A stretch of DNA of 64,000 nt. Origin: Chiloscyllium plagiosum (Eukaryota). The DNA lies in the NCBI RefSeq assembly GCF_004010195.1, contig NC_057718.1, forward strand, positions 66,898,179 through 66,962,178, written 5' to 3'. Of this stretch, positions 37,520 to 51,600 are shown piece after piece. Under the pieces are notes generated by a model, which saw nothing but the letters and a program-made list of their open reading frames with translations, had not been told where the DNA came from and did no database searches. Within the stretch, counting starts at the first letter, position 1. Every line of letters begins with the position of its first letter. The translations under genes and the position numbers were made by a program.

Positions 37520-37808
37520 ACTGACCCCCCAAGAAAAGTATTCCACCCATACCCATTTCCCTACATTTCCCCTGACTAATGCATCTAACCTACACACCTC
37601 TGAATACTATGGGCAATTTATCATGGCCAATTCACCTAACCTGCACATCTTTGGACTGTGGGAGGAAACCGGAGCACCCAGAGGAAACCCACGCAGACGC
37701 TGGGAGAATGTGCAAACTCCACACAGACAATCGCCCGAGGCTGGGATCGAACCCGAGTTCCTGGCACTGTAAGGCAGCAGTGCTAACCACTGAGCCTCCG
37801 TGCTGCCG
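37520..37808 (-). mobile_element. HE1-type SINE
   Basis: Head cacggaggctcagtggttagcac, B-box GGTTCGATCCC, conserved core. Confidence 0.88.
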
Positions 37809-37809
37809 G

Positions 37810-38560
37810 TTTCTAGTTGCCCTTGAGAAGGTGGTGGTGAACTGTTGCAGTCCACATATTGTAGGTAGACCCACAATGTCATTAGGGATAAATTCTAGAA
37901 TATTGATACCCAGCAACAGTGAAGGAACTGTGATATATTTCGAAATCAGGATGGTGACTGGCTTGGAGGAGAACTTACAGCTGGTGCTGTTCCCAAGTAT
38001 CTGCTGCTTTTGTGCTTCAAGATGGAAGTGATTGTAGGTTTGCCAGGTGTTGTCTAAGGATCTTGGGTAAGTTTCTGCAGTGCATTTTGTAGCTGGTGCA
38101 CACTGTTTCTACTGAATGTTGGTGGTGGAGGGAGTGGATGTTTGTGCATGTGCCATGAATCAAATGGGCTGCTTTGTCCTGGATGATGTCAAAATTCTTA
38201 AATGATGTTGGAGCTGCACATCCAGCCAAGTGGGGAGTATTCCATCACAATCCTGACTTGTGCTTTGTAGATGATGGAGAGGATTTGGGGAGTCAGGGGA
38301 TGAGTTACTCATGGTATCCCTAGCCCCTAATCTATCCTTATAGACATTATGTTTATGTGGCAAGTCCAGTTGAGTTTCTGGTCAGTGGTAACACCAAAGG
38401 TGTTGATAGTGGGGGATTCAATGATGGTAATGCCATTGAATATGCAGGGACAGTGGTTAGATTGTCTGTTATTAGTGAAAACCATTGCCTTGTATTTGTG
38501 TGGCGTGAATGTTACTTGCACTTGTCAGCCCAAGCTCTTGTTGCACTTGAACACGCTCTG
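37810..38560 (-). mobile_element. Old non-LTR retrotransposon (CR1/L2 group) 3' region
   Basis: Minus ORF fragments DIIQDKAAHLI..HSLHHQHSV..YKMHC and GVTTDQKLNWTCHIN; homologous to 25232-26770. Confidence 0.7.
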
Positions 38561-38801
38561 CTTCAGTTTTGTAAAGAAAGTAGAATTATAAAAAATTTGG
38601 AATGCATTATTATAAAACAATGTGCACTATACTTAATGCTGGAACATTACAGTAACTGAACCATTCATTTTTGTGCTTTCAGGCTTCATGGCTGATATGG
38701 GTGATATTGTGAAAGCCCAATTATAAACATCTGCAAACTTACTAAGCAATGGCTTAGATCATTGTGCAATAATTTTCATGTTTTAAAATTCTTTTTGTTA
38801 G

Positions 38802-38948
38802 CTCCATGAGTATAAGGAATTCCTGCGTCACCATGATCTACCTAAGGAACTTCGGTTGAGAGTTTTAAATCAGCTAGCCCACCAATTCAAAGGAAAATGG
38901 TTTGATGAAAAAGTTATCCTAGGGGAACTGTCAGAATCGCTAAAACAG
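38802..38948 (+). CDS. HCN-like channel, C-linker exon
   Basis: TTTTTGTTAG acceptor, CAG|GTAATT donor, 147 nt, phase 0/0. Translates LHEYKEFLRHHDLPKELRLRVLNQLAHQFKGKWFDEKVILGELSESLKQ, collinear with HCN [49 protein letters not shown]. Not in the ORF track. Confidence 0.92.
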
Positions 38949-39379
38949 GTAATTGAATTGTAACTGAGTTGTAAAATTATATTATGTTTAATAGAAAATG
39001 GCTTCCTAAGGCCCGTTCTTTCTGAGTCTCAAATATGCTATCACTCAATAGTGTAGAACTTGAATATTGCTGAAAATGGGATATGTTGCCAAACTTTTCC
39101 ACTTGCATTCATCAGGACATATGCAAGAATATCAAACTTCAAATAATTCCAGAAGTTTATAGTATAGATGAAAAGGGTATTGATAAATTGAATCAAATTA
39201 ACTGAGTCTTTACTGTAGAAAAGTAATGAAGAATTATAGATTCCCTAAGTTTGTGGGTAATTCAAAAAAGTGCAAGATTGAATATATTTCTTTTATTTTT
39301 AGAAAATGGGTCCCTGCATTTGGACTCATTTGTTTCTAGTAAGTCACGTTATGAATTCTACTGGAATTCTCATAGAATT

Positions 39380-39725
39380 CTCAGGGGAAATCTCATAGAA
39401 ATATATAAAATCCTGATGGGATAGAATGTTCCTGATGTTGGGGAAGTGTAGAACTAGGGGTCACAGCCTAAGAATCAGGGGTAAGCCATTCAAGAATTTC
39501 TTACTCAGAGAGTTGTGAACTTGTGGAATTCTCTCCCACAGGAAACTGTTGAGCCAGTTCATTAGATATATTCAAAAGGGATCTGGACATGGCCCTTGCG
39601 GCTAAAGGGATCAAGGAGTATGGAGGGAAAGCGGGAATGGGATCTGAGGTTGCATGATCAGCCATGATCATATTGAATAGTGGTGCAGCCTCCTCCTACT
39701 CCTGCACCTATTTTCTATGTTTCTA
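39380..39725 (+). mobile_element. CR1 LINE 3' end
   Basis: LIEIYKIL..TRGHSL..QRVVNLWNSLP remnants. Confidence 0.8.
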
Positions 39726-40049
39726 ATTGTTGAGACTTATGCACCTATGTTATTCATATATGACATCACTACACATTGTGACCAGAGCAATCTCACTGAA
39801 GTGATATTTCTCAAGTATGAGATAGGGAAAACACTTTTTTTGGCTAGTGGCAGCATCCCAATTGTGGAGTCTACCATTTGCATAAGCACCAGATAATACC
39901 AATATGAAATAGCTTGCTTTATCTCTTGTCAAAACTTTTGAGATACTTAGCTTTTTCTGAGTAACTTGAGGCAGACCAGTCATTCTTCAGGTCTGAAAGT
40001 GGCAGTCTTTGGCCCAGGTGCAAATTTGCAAATTGTGAGAGCCGTTGTC

Positions 40050-40361
40050 TCACGGTGGCCCAGTGGTTAGCACTGCTGCCTCACAGCGCCAGAGACCCGG
40101 GTTCAATTCCCGCCTCAGGCGACTGACTGTGGAGTTTGCACGTTCTCCCCGTGTCTGCGTGGGTTTCCTCCGGGTGCTCCGGTTTCCTCCCACAGTCCAA
40201 AGATGTGCAGGTCAGGTGAATTGGCCAGGCTAAATTGCCCGTTGTGTTAGGTAAGGGGTAAATGTAGGGGTATGGGTGGGTTGCGCTTCGGCAGGGCGGT
40301 GTGGACTTGTTGTGCCGAAGGGCCTGTTTCCACACTGTATGTAATCTAATCTAATCTAATC
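40050..40361 (+). mobile_element. HE1-type SINE, near full length, young
   Basis: A-box TGGCCCAGTGG, B-box GGTTCAATTCC, CpG-rich core, (taatc)4 tail. Confidence 0.92.
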
Positions 40362-40429
40362 GAAATCAGAATGGCTGTAATGCACTTATTTCTAGAAAAG
40401 GTTTGCTTGGTAAGAAAGTGTATCAGGTA

Positions 40430-40790
40430 CTATTAATAGAATCCTGATAAGTCCAACTTATTGTGCATTGACCTATATGAATTCCAATATATATATTGAC
40501 CAGGAAAGGTAGGTTTATGATACAGATAGCTGGTGAATTCAGTTGTGAACTTATCAGTAAACATCAGTGAGTGTGTCAGACTGCTCCATCTCAAATGAGA
40601 ATTTGAGCATAGGTGGAGTGTACTAAAGTACAAAAAAGTCATTCAAACAGCTGCAGATTCTAAGAACGGACTGTATCATTTATGGGCCTTAGTGAGTTTT
40701 CCAATATGTAATGAAGCATTTGTCATCTTCACGAAGACTGCATGAGTTAGTAAGTTCGCAAGTTTAATGAATAGATTCAGAAAATTGTGG
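40430..40790 (-). mobile_element. Penelope-like RT relic
   Basis: Minus ORF contains YHKPTFPGQYIYWNSY, resembling the PLE YRKPT motif. Confidence 0.55.
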
Positions 40791-43700
40791 CTTATCAATA
40801 TTTTCATGATATAGCAACATTGTGAAAAATCTGATGGTTTTATTCAGTGAAACCTCCATAAATAAGCATGCAATGTTGAATTAGCACATAAAAAGGCATT
40901 GCTATCAATATGTAGATTATGTGCAGTTTTTGTGCAGATGGAAAAACCTTCTCTATATCTGGAAAAATCAATAAGAGGCAAAAATGATATATTCTGGAAA
41001 TTTTGAATCTTTAGCTATGTAAAGATTTCTTTTTCACTTTAACACAGTCCATCCCACTCTCAAATTCACTTCTGAGATGTAACAGTCTAACACACTCCAT
41101 TTTTTATTTGAGAAATCTCCTAATGGATTGTCAATTATTGTGTACTTCAAGCTTACCTTCACTGGCCAACAGACATGTTGGGAATTGTATAGCTCCATTT
41201 GCAGTAAGATTGACGTTAACAGCAATCATGTAAGTAAGGCCCGAGCCATTTGCTCAGCTTGCAAGCTTGACATAGAAATGGGCTGCATCAAAGCAAGGGT
41301 AACGTGATCAGATCACTTTTCATTGATCATCGTCCTCAATTCCAAAGAAATGTCAAATTGGACTCAAAATGTTAACTCTTCTTTTCTGTCTTCAGATGTT
41401 GCCAGAAGTGCTCAGTTTCTGTAGTACTGTTTTTATTTCATATCTTTAGCATCCTGCAATATTTTACTTTTGCATAAGATTGTTCTTCATTGTGTGCCAT
41501 GCAAACTTGCAAATAAGCTAAAAGCTGACAACTTCCAAACTCAAAAGGTATATAGTCCACTTCAAGTTACTGCAAAAAGGTTAAATATATCAAAATTTGA
41601 AGAACACTTTAAAAAAGCCATTTTATGCCACTACTATGCAGTGACCACTTCAATGTGATGCTGCCACGAAAGCAAAAACTCATACTGCCTACCACAATAT
41701 CATGCACAAATTTCAGTTGCAGTGCAAAGTAGGCTTTGTGCACCAGTGTGATATGCTGGTCAAACCAAACAGCATGCTCCTTTAGTTGTCCTTCACAAAA
41801 AGAGTAAAGACTGTATTCAATCATCCTAAGCTTATAGACTCAAAATAATTCAGCTAATTAGAGTGGACTTGCCAACCTGTCAGCGCCCTTTTGTCCTATA
41901 GCATAAACTGTTGTCATCCTTTGAGATCTGGCATTGTTATATTTTCTCGGTGATTGCACAAGGAAAAGCTTTGGCTCTTTTGAGGAGACTTACTATATTC
42001 ATGCCATATGGTCCTATTAATACACAAATCATCTAACAAGATCAGGGGAGGATGAGACATGCTACAAATTGCAAATCTGTGGAACGTTCTGGTTGATTTA
42101 TCCTGCTCCACTGTTTGCATTGCAAATACAGCATCTTGGCTTCAGCCTTACCATCAATCTTATAAACTTTCTGTATTTATTTGCTAATTGCTATTAAACA
42201 CATCACAGAAAGTTAAGACTCATAAGTAACTGTTTTCTCTTAATAATGTGATAATTTTTAACACACTACCAAGCAATCTCTTCAACCCAGAAAAGAAGAA
42301 ATTTTAACTTCTGTTTCTAATCTCTGCCTGTGGTAAGTTGGTTTTAAAAGGGTCAATTTTGCATGTTTTCTTACTTTCCTCTCTTTTATCTGTCTTTCTT
42401 AATCTAAATTTTCTTTGCCTTCATTTAATTCTATTCTTTTTCCAGATTTTACACTAATCCACTCTCTGTCACCATTGTTCCTCTGTTGTTTTCAATCTTT
42501 AATCTTACTGGTCCAGAAAGATGTACTGTTGATCATAACACAATAATGTTCCAGAAGTCCCATTGCCCTTGCTGATCAATTTGCGCTCCTAGCCAGTTTA
42601 GACACAAATTATATTTGAACGGAAGGATACAAGAAAATATCTAACCATGTCATGTACTGTTCCCAGATTTGCTCTATATCATTGTTCAATGCTTTGAGTT
42701 TTATATTTGTGTCTGATAAATTCCATATAGTCCATAAAAAGCACATAGAATGAAGGAAAACCAACTGTTTGATAAATATACAAGGAATGTGAGGATAACC
42801 ACAGAAAGAGTAGGAATGATTGGAGACTGAAAAGGTAACAGTTGTTCATTGGTGAAAGACATAGATGTTGGTTTTACTTAATACTTTGTGTATATCTTCC
42901 CAAACGTGAGGATGAAGCAGACAATGTAGTTAAGACAGGTATGAAATATTTTTTTAATAAACATAGTGAGAGAAGAAATTTTGAAGTGATATAGATAAAA
43001 TGTATCCCAGTTTGCTAAGAGAAGAAAAATGGGAAATAACAGAGGTCCTGATCGTCATTTTCCATTCCTGTCTAACTGGAGATATGGCGCCAGAGCAGTG
43101 CTAATGTTGTACTGTTATTAAAAGAGGAAGGAAAGAATACATTGAGTAATTCCTCAACTTTTGTTGGGAAAATTATTGGATAAAGTTCTGAGGGCGAGTG
43201 CAAGTGATCAATTATACCGATATAGATTAATCAGCATTAACTTATGAAGGGAAAGTGGTGTCTGATAACGTGACTGAATTTTTAAAGGAGTTAGGAGAGA
43301 CAATGATTTTTGTGAATATATGAATTTTAGTAAGGCTGTTTACAAGGCCCCATGAGGTAGAGTGGTCAGTAATTGAAAAGTCCAGGTAATCTGAAGGTAA
43401 ATGGCAAATTAAATACAAAATTGTTTCAGTGGCAGTAAGCAAAGTGTTAAGTTAAATGCGTTTTTGTTACTGGAAGGCTATTTCCAATGTGATTCACCAA
43501 CTTTATTCTGTCATCATCTGTACCAATTGTATTGTGGCTATTCCTCATAAGAGAGGACTTTCAACTTAAGTTGATAATAATTCTATGATTTGTCTAGAGC
43601 AAAGATGCTTTGTTATTTTTCTCCTTGATCATACCTTTCCTATCATGGAGAAACAGGTGAAGTGAAAAAAAAGCACCTTATTCAGACACTTACACAATTG

Positions 43701-44129
43701 TCTAAGCTTTCATTGCCCCTTCACAATGATACATGCAGTTGCTACCTCTGTAGCCTCACCAGCATGAAATCAATGATTATTTGGTGGGAGAGGAAAAAGT
43801 GTCAGGCTAGTTTAATAGCAATCTTGGAGAGAGAAAATTGGGGCCTGAATTTTACTAGAAAACAATAGACTTTGTCCTGTTTCATGGAGGGTTTCACTCA
43901 GTGAGGCCTAGTGAGATTTCTCATCCTATTTTCCATAACTCATTACTTATGTACCACATTCCACTGGTACTCTGCTCAGTGTGACCTGTCTCTCACCAAT
44001 GTGGTAGTACTCGCTATTTCCAGGACTTCTTAGGATTCCCTTTGCTGGCACTATATTTAAAACATAGTTGTGTGTCACAGGTCAAGTGCTGACAGTTTGG
44101 AGCTGCCCTTAATGCTTTATGTGAATACT

Positions 44130-44360
44130 CCCAGAGATAGGAAACTATCAACCTGCTTTACCAAAAGAAATCCAGGAGGTCCTGATAAATGGGGCGGTGC
44201 AGAGGTGCACCATCCTATTCTCCGAGGTCTGGAAGAGGAGACCAGACCAACTAGACCCTGTCAATCTTTGAGGTTACCACCCAGGTCAATGCTGTTTCCA
44301 CAATCTGGAGAAAGACCCAGCAGGGAAAAGGTCAAAGATTTTCTGTTTTTGAAGTTAAGT
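44130..44360 (+). mobile_element. PIF/Harbinger-type Myb/SANT-like ORF relic
   Basis: Frameshifted reading EVLINGAVQRCTILFS ... EVTTQVNAVSTIWRKTQQ ... KVKDF fits the trihelix Myb/SANT pattern; similar relic at 61055-61295. Confidence 0.45.
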
Positions 44361-44679
44361 GCTACCATCACGTCTATACTACATCACATTCTCTTCCTCT
44401 CTGCAACTGCACCCACCTCCCACTAAGGCTCAGAGTCTACCAGTCTCACTATTGCTGAGCCCTCCCATTCTACTAAACCTGCAAGGTCTTTGCACGGCCT
44501 ACTCATTCATTCACCACCTTTCCTCTACCTACTGCAGCACCAGCAACTGTGCCAGCATTTTCATCTCTCTCAATAACTTAATTTGTTTCAAGGTGGGTGG
44601 TGGGATGCCTGATATTCAGTTTCTCATCACCTACGAGCTGTAACCATTCCATGCCTCAGCAAAAAAGTGAGGAACACTG

Positions 44680-44955
44680 AGGGTGAGTCCCTGGCATGCA
44701 GACCAGGAGTGAAGCAAGGCCCCATTGCGGACTGAGGCAAGGCCTCGGTGCATGGACTGGAAGTGAGGTTCTGATGCACAGACTGATGGCAAGACTAGGC
44801 CTCAGCACGTGAATGAAAGTGAGGCCCCATTGCAGACTGGAGGCAAGTTCCCACCGCGTGGATTGGAGGCAAGGCCCCAGCAAGCAGACTGGAAGCGAGG
44901 CCCCTCTGTGGTATGGAGGTGATTCCCTGTCGCGGCCTGGAGGCAAGTTCCCAAC
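44680..44955. repeat. Degenerate tandem repeat (gaggcaaggcccc / gactggaggcaag units)
   Basis: Recurrent gactg(g)aggcaag, aggcccc and ggaagtgagg motifs at irregular spacing of about 20-30 bp. Confidence 0.55.
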
Positions 44956-46299
44956 TTTGTCTTGAGATGAAATCTGGCATGAACTGGAGTTGTGAGGCCT
45001 CAGGCAGAAGGACTGTAAATTGTGTACTTTTTATTTCTTAATTTTTCTAGTTTATCCCAAAAATCTGTACTTAAGTATCTGTACCTCAGTATCTTTGTAC
45101 CTAAGATAGCACTGTAAGTGGTGACTTGTAAACTGTTCAGTGCACCTGTATGAATACATGTGACAATAAAGCTAATTCAAATTTAAAGGGCAAAAATACC
45201 TCTGTGCATATCCTTGCCAAGCCCCTTAAAGATCTCATATGTTTCAATAGGTTACCTCTCATTCTTCTAAACTTCAGTAAGTACAGGCCTATTCTATTCA
45301 ACCTCACCTCATCAGAAACATCCATCCATAAATGGGATCAATTTAGTGAACCTTCTCTTTCCCCTTCGATAAGGGGATCAAAGCTGTTCAGAATATTTTA
45401 AGTGTGGCCTAACTAGTGCTTTATATAATTTTAATAAGACTTAGCTATTTTTGTAGTCCATAGTCCATTCCCTATGAAATAAAGGTCAACATTCCATTTG
45501 CCTTCCCTATTACCTGCTGAACTTGTTTGCTAATTTTTTGTAACTTACCAACGAGAACTCCCAAATCCTTCTGTGCTGCAGTTTTTTGTAGTCTTCCTCC
45601 ATTTAAACAGTATTCTTCTTGCTAGAGTGCATAACCTCACAATTCCATACATTATTTTCCATCTGCCACTCACTTTTTGTCCAATCACTTAATCTATCGA
45701 TAACCCTCTCCAAACTCTTTCATTTTTTTGGCTGAGTACAAGTTGTGTTGAATTTTCACTGTGAATTATAACAATATTTCTTGCTGTATCTTACTAAACA
45801 TATCTTATTAACTATTTACCTTATGGCATCCCTAATGCTAAATTCAGTCCGTTTTTACCATTGCCACTCCAGGAAAGACTAGTTACTCAACGGGTAGCCA
45901 CTGAAAGACTTGTATTGCTTTCACCTGCACCATCTTTGAAAGGCCTCAGCGTACCCATAGAACCATTGGCAATCCAACATTGCTGCTTACTGACAGCAGA
46001 ATGCCACAACAGCCATAAATCCACACTGCTCATAGCACATAATTGGCATGGCTCCCTTGCATACACAACTCCATTCTGTCAGCCTCACTGTTTCACTATT
46101 GTGCCACAGTTTATCTGTCCATAGCTGTATTCCATCTAAACATCTTTATGACCCTGCAACTCAGCTCCCAGTGACCATGGTAGAATCACATTTTGTCATT
46201 GCTGAGTAGGGGAATATCACATACAGGCAAACATTGCAACAATGTCAAAAATAAACTTTTATTTATAACCACCAAAAGGGAACACAAACAAACCAATAA

Positions 46300-46470
46300 G
46301 GTCAATAAAATGTGGAGCTGGAAAGACACAGCAGGTCAGACATCATCGGAGAAGCAGGAAAGTTGACACGAAATGTTGGGTTTCTTGCTCCTCCAATGCT
46401 GTCTGACCTGCTGCGCCTTTCCAGCTCCACATTTTATCAACTCTGACTTTCGGCATCTGCAATCCTTACT
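46300..46470. mobile_element. Short fold-back pLTR-derived element
   Basis: ataaaatgtggagctggaaag..cagcaggtcagaca is inverted to tgtctgacctgctg..ctttccagctccacattttat. Confidence 0.75.
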
Positions 46471-46724
46471 ATATCCAAAATCAACAGACATTACAGTTTG
46501 CCCCATTTTCCAACCAAATGCTGATATAATGACCACTGAACAGTCTAAGGCCAGATCTCCAGTTCTTTCTTTTGTTTTGTTTATTATAAGTGCTGTTTTC
46601 ACAGCTGTTTAGAAGCTTTGCTGTAGATGAGATAGAGCTAAGGGCTGTGTACGAATAGAGATTTGGCTGGCTTGAGGAATTGATTCGTCTATGGATTAGT
46701 GGTCAGTTATTGATAACAAGGTCC

Positions 46725-48575
46725 ACAAGATATAGGAGCAGAATTAGGCCATTAGGTCCATCAAGTCTGCTGCACTATTCAATCATGGCTAACATATGTC
46801 ATAATCCCATTCTCCTGCCTTCTCCCAGGAACACTTGGTCCCCTTACTAAACAAGAGCCTATTTCTGTCTTAAATACACTCAATGCCTTGACGTCCACAG
46901 CCTTCTGTGGCAATGAGTTCATCTTTTGGAGGGGGTGGGGTGTGGTTGGTGGTGGCGCTGGTGGTGTGGGGTACAGAAATTCCTCCTCATATCAATTCTA
47001 AAGAGTCATCTCTTCACTCTTGGCCTCTGCCCTCGGGTCCTAGTCTCTCCTATTATGGAAACATTTCCTCCATTTAGACTCTATCCAGGCCTTACAGTAT
47101 TGTGTTAGTTTCATTGTGATCCCTCTTCATTCTTCTAAACTCCATTGAGGACAGATGCAGGGTCCTCATCCAGTCTTCATATGACAAGAGCTTCATCCCC
47201 AGGATCAATCTTGTAAACATCTTCTGGATGTCCTCCATTGTAAGCAAACATTCCTTTGATACAGGGCCCAAAACTATTCACAATATTCCAAATGCAGTCT
47301 AACCAGAATCTTATAAAGCCTCAGCAATACATTCCTGTTCTTGTATTCTAGCCCTCTTGAAATGAATGCTAGCATTGCATTTGCCTTCTTGCCAACTGAA
47401 CCTACATGTTAGCCTGAGGAGTCCTTGCTCAGGAATCTCTTGAATCCCTTTGTGCTTCAGATTTCTGAGGCCTTAATCCATTTAGAAAATAGTCTACACC
47501 TCTATTTCTCCTATCATAGTGCATAACCTCACATTTTCCCACGTCATATTGCATCAGCCACTTCTTTGCCCACTCTCCTAGCCTGTCCAAGTCCTTCTGC
47601 AGCCTCCCTGCTTCCTCAACACTACCTTAACCTATCTTTGTATCATCTGCAAACGTAGCAACAATTCTCTCAGTTCCTTCGACCAGATTGTTAGCAAATA
47701 ATGTGGATAGTTGTGGTCCCAACACAACCTGCAGAACTCCACTAGTCAACAGCTGCCATGCTGATAAAGACATCTTTATTGCCACCCTCTGCCTTCCGCC
47801 AGTCAGACAATCCTATATCAATGCCAGTAATGTTTCCTTAATACCATCGGCTCTTGTGCAACATCTTGTCAAAGGTTTTCTGGAAATCTCAATAGATTAT
47901 GTCCACTGGTTTTCCTTTGTCTAACTTGCACATTACCTCCTTGAAGAATTCTAAGATTTGTCAGACATGACCTCTCCTTGACAAAGGCTTGCTGACTCCT
48001 CCTATTTTACCATGCATTTTTAAGTCCTCTGCAATCTCATCCTGAACCATGGACCCTAAAATCTTAACAAAGACTGAAGACAGGCTAACCAGCCTATAAT
48101 TTCATGTCTTCTACCTCACTCCCTTCTTAAACAGGTGTGTCACACTAGCCATTTTCCAGTTCTCTGGGACCCTCCCTGACACCAGTGAATCCTGAAAGAT
48201 CATCACCAATGTCTCCACAATGCCCTTAGCTATCTTCTTCAGAACTCTGAAACGTAGTCCATCTGGACTGGGTGATTTATACACCTTCAGACCTTTTACC
48301 TTGCCCAGCACCTTCTCCCTAGTGATGGGCACTACACTCACCTCTGCCACTTGAATTTCTGGTATGCTGCTGGTGATGAAAAGTATGTATTCAGTTACTC
48401 TTCCATTTCTTTGTTCCCCATTAATGCTTCATTTGTCTCATTTTCCAATGGTCCAATATTCACATTTGCCTCTCGCTTCTTCCCATTGTTGCTTTCTTAG
48501 TTATCCTCTGCTGGATTTTAGAGGTTTCTGAATCCTCTGGCTTCCCACTAATTTTCGCTACAATGTATAGTCCTT
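46725..48575 (-). mobile_element. CR1 LINE ORF2 to 3' end, decayed
   Basis: Minus ORF ITREKVLGKVKGLKVYKSPSPDGL..VPENWKMASVTHLFKKG. Confidence 0.85.
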
Positions 48576-48734
48576 CTGCCTGCCAACAACAATGTGATTG
48601 GCTCCCAGAAAACTGAATACTCTTGGGAGTGGGGTTGTTGAATGATTTGGCAGAAGCCATTGGACTTCTCAAAACAAAAGCATTGTGTTTTGCTCTGCAG
48701 TAAAAGCACCTCAAGCCTGATGATAGCCAGTTTA

Positions 48735-49510
48735 TGCTGCATTTTGGAAAGGCAAATCAGAGCAGGACTTAGACACATAATTGTAAGGTCCTGGGGAGTG
48801 TTGCTGAACAAAGAGACCTTTGAGTGCAGGTTCATTGTTCCTTGAAAGTGGATTCACAGGTAGATAGGATAGTGAAGAAGGTGTTTGGTATGCTTTCCTT
48901 TATTGTAGCATTGAGTGTAGGAGTTTCAATGTCATGTTGCGGCTATATAGGACATTGCTTAGGCCACTTATTAAATTGTGTACAATTCTGGTCTCCCCCC
49001 TATAGGAAGGATGTTGTGAAACTTGAAAGGGTTCAGAAAAAATTTACAAGGATGTTGCCAGGGTTGGAGGGTTTGAGCAACAGGGAGAGGCTGAATAGGC
49101 TGTGGCTGTTTTCCCTGCAGCGTTGGAGGCTGAGGGGTGACCTTATAGAGGTTTATAAAATCATGAGGGACATGGATGGAGTGAATAGACAAGATCTTTT
49201 CCCTGGGGTGGGGGAGTCCAGAACTAGAGGGCATAGGTTTAGGGTGAGAGGAGAAAAATTTAAAAAGGACCTGAGTGGCAACCTTTTCATGCAGAGGGTA
49301 GTGCATGTATGGAATCAGCTGCCAGAGGACGCTGGTACAATTGCAGCATTTAAAAGGCATCTGGATGGTTATATGAATAAGAAGGGTTTGGAGGGATATG
49401 GGCCAAGTGCTGGCAAATGGGACTAGATTAGGTTAGGATATCCAGTCAGCATGGATGAGTTGGACTGAAGGGTCAATTTCAATGCTGTATATCTCTATGA
49501 CTCCATGACT
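48735..49510 (+). mobile_element. CR1 LINE 3' end
   Basis: ORF 48824-49426 CVQFWSPPYRKDVVKLERVQKKFTRMLPGL..TRGHRF..VVHVWNQLP; ctatgact tail. Confidence 0.93.
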
Positions 49511-51380
49511 CTTATTTCGTTTTTCCACTTGCTGTAAGCTGTGACTTTTAATTGATAAGCCAAGAATCCATACGCCTGTGAACCTGTTACCCTGTGCATC
49601 CTACAAAAGAAGTGAAAGTATCTGGAGAAGAAAGACTGAAGCAGTGTTCTGTGTTTGTATGTATGTATGTTTTTGTGTATGTCTGTGTGTTTGTTTTAGT
49701 TATATGTTGACACTTTATACTTGTTTATCTATAGCTGGAATGTATTTATTTGTAATAAATAGGCATTCTTATTAAGTACAGAAACCTGTTCCATGCATTC
49801 ATTCGGCCTGTATCTAAGAGACAAAAAGAGAATTCAACATACTTCTTACGATCTTTCACATTTATGACGATTCTGGGAATATCAGAGCTTGATTTGGAGC
49901 ATGCTATCCCAGTAAGGCGTAACACCAGGACCAGATGAGATGCAACCAAAGCTTCTGCTGTGCTGTTCTGTTTAAATATACCAGGAAAAACAAGATTCAC
50001 AATATCAAATCCTGGGGAAACTCTACTACAAGTCTTCTTTCAAATAAATAGTCATTCATGTTAAATACAGAAACCTGTACTTTATATGTGGAAAGTGAAG
50101 AGTACTAGCAATTATCTTTCAATCTTCCCTGGATTCATGGGTGGTGCTAGAAGATTGTAAACAATCATACCCTTGTTCAAACTTTTGTTAGGATCAACTC
50201 AGATATTACAGGCCAGTTTATTTAATGTCAGTGTCATAGAGTCATGGAGATGCATTTCAAGGCATCCAGCACTTCCTCTTCTGTAATATGGACATTTTGC
50301 AAAGTGTCACACAACTTCTAGAAACTATTATTTGGGATAGAATTCATGGAATATATGGATTGATCTGGAAAAGTCATCATGGATTTGTGAAATGAAAATT
50401 GTGTCCAACTAACTCACTGAAGTTTTTTGAATAGGTAACAGAGAGGGTTGATGAATGGAGGCCATTCATGTGGTATACTTGTACTTCTAAAATGTTGATA
50501 CAAAATTGCCTGACTCTTCTGACTCTGACTGCGTCCATGCTGATTCTTCTTAATCAATTCATATTTTTCCATGTAACTATGAATTCCATCCCAAATAATA
50601 CTCAAGTTAAACTGACTGGTCTGTAATTTCTGAGTTGAGTGTAGGATAGGAAGTGGAGTATAATAATTAATGGGTATTTTACATTCAGGAAGAAAACTTG
50701 TTTCCCTCAGAGTTGATATTGGGAGTCTTGCTTTTCCTGTTATATTAACATAGAACATTACAGCACAGGAATGAATCCTCCGGCCCATGATGTTAAGCCG
50801 AGCATTTCATCAAATTAAACTAATCCATTCCGCTTGCCTTTGCTCCACATCCCTCCGTTCCTTGCTTATCTAAAGGTGCTTATCTAAAAGTCCCTTAAAT
50901 GCTTTTATCATATCAGCATCCACCACCACCCCTGGCAGCACGTTCCAGACTCCTGCCACTCTCTGTGTAAAAAGCTTGCCTGTCACATCTCCTTGGAACT
51001 TCCCCCCTCTCACCTTAAATGCATACCCCCTAGTATTAGACATTTCAACTCTGGGAAAATATTCTGACCTTCAACCCTATCAATGCATCTTATAATTTTA
51101 TAGACTTCAATCAAGTCTCCCCTCAGCCTTTGCTGCTCCACAGAAAACAACCTGAGTTTCTGTAGCCTCTCTTTATAGTTCATACCCTCTAATCCAGGCA
51201 GCATTCTGGTAAATCTCTTCTGCACCCTCTCCAAAGCCTCCACATTCTTCTTGTAATGTGATGACCAGAAGTATGGGGTCTAATCAAAGTCTAATAAAGC
51301 TGCAGCATAACATTCTAACACTTGTAATCAGTACCCCGACCAATAAAAGTAAGCATGCTATATGCCTTCTTTACCACCCT

Positions 51381-51600
51381 GGGGAGAAAGTGAGGTCTGC
51401 GGATGCTGGAGATCAGAGCTGAAAATGTGTTGCTGGAAAAGCGCAGCAGGTCAGGCAGCATCCAGGGAACAGGAGAATCGACGTTTCGGGCATAAGCCCG
51501 TCTTCAGGAAAATGAAGAAGGGCTTATGCCTGAAACATCGATTCTCCTGTTCCCTGGATGCTGCCTGACCTGCTGCGCTTTTCCAGCAACACATTTTCAG
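51381..51600. mobile_element. Short fold-back Penelope pLTR-derived insert
   Basis: Hairpin centred near 51510. Perfect 15 bp TSD cttctttaccaccct at 51366-51380 and 51601-51615. Confidence 0.88.
51480..51507 (-). ncRNA. Minimal hammerhead ribozyme motif (PLE type)
   Basis: Minus strand CTGAAGA-C-GGGC-TTAT-GCCC-GAAA-CG-TC. Confidence 0.65.

Noticed and set aside
40050..40125. tRNA gene
   Set aside because: The A and B boxes belong to a SINE head that continues into the SINE core and tail; the same applies to the other copies.
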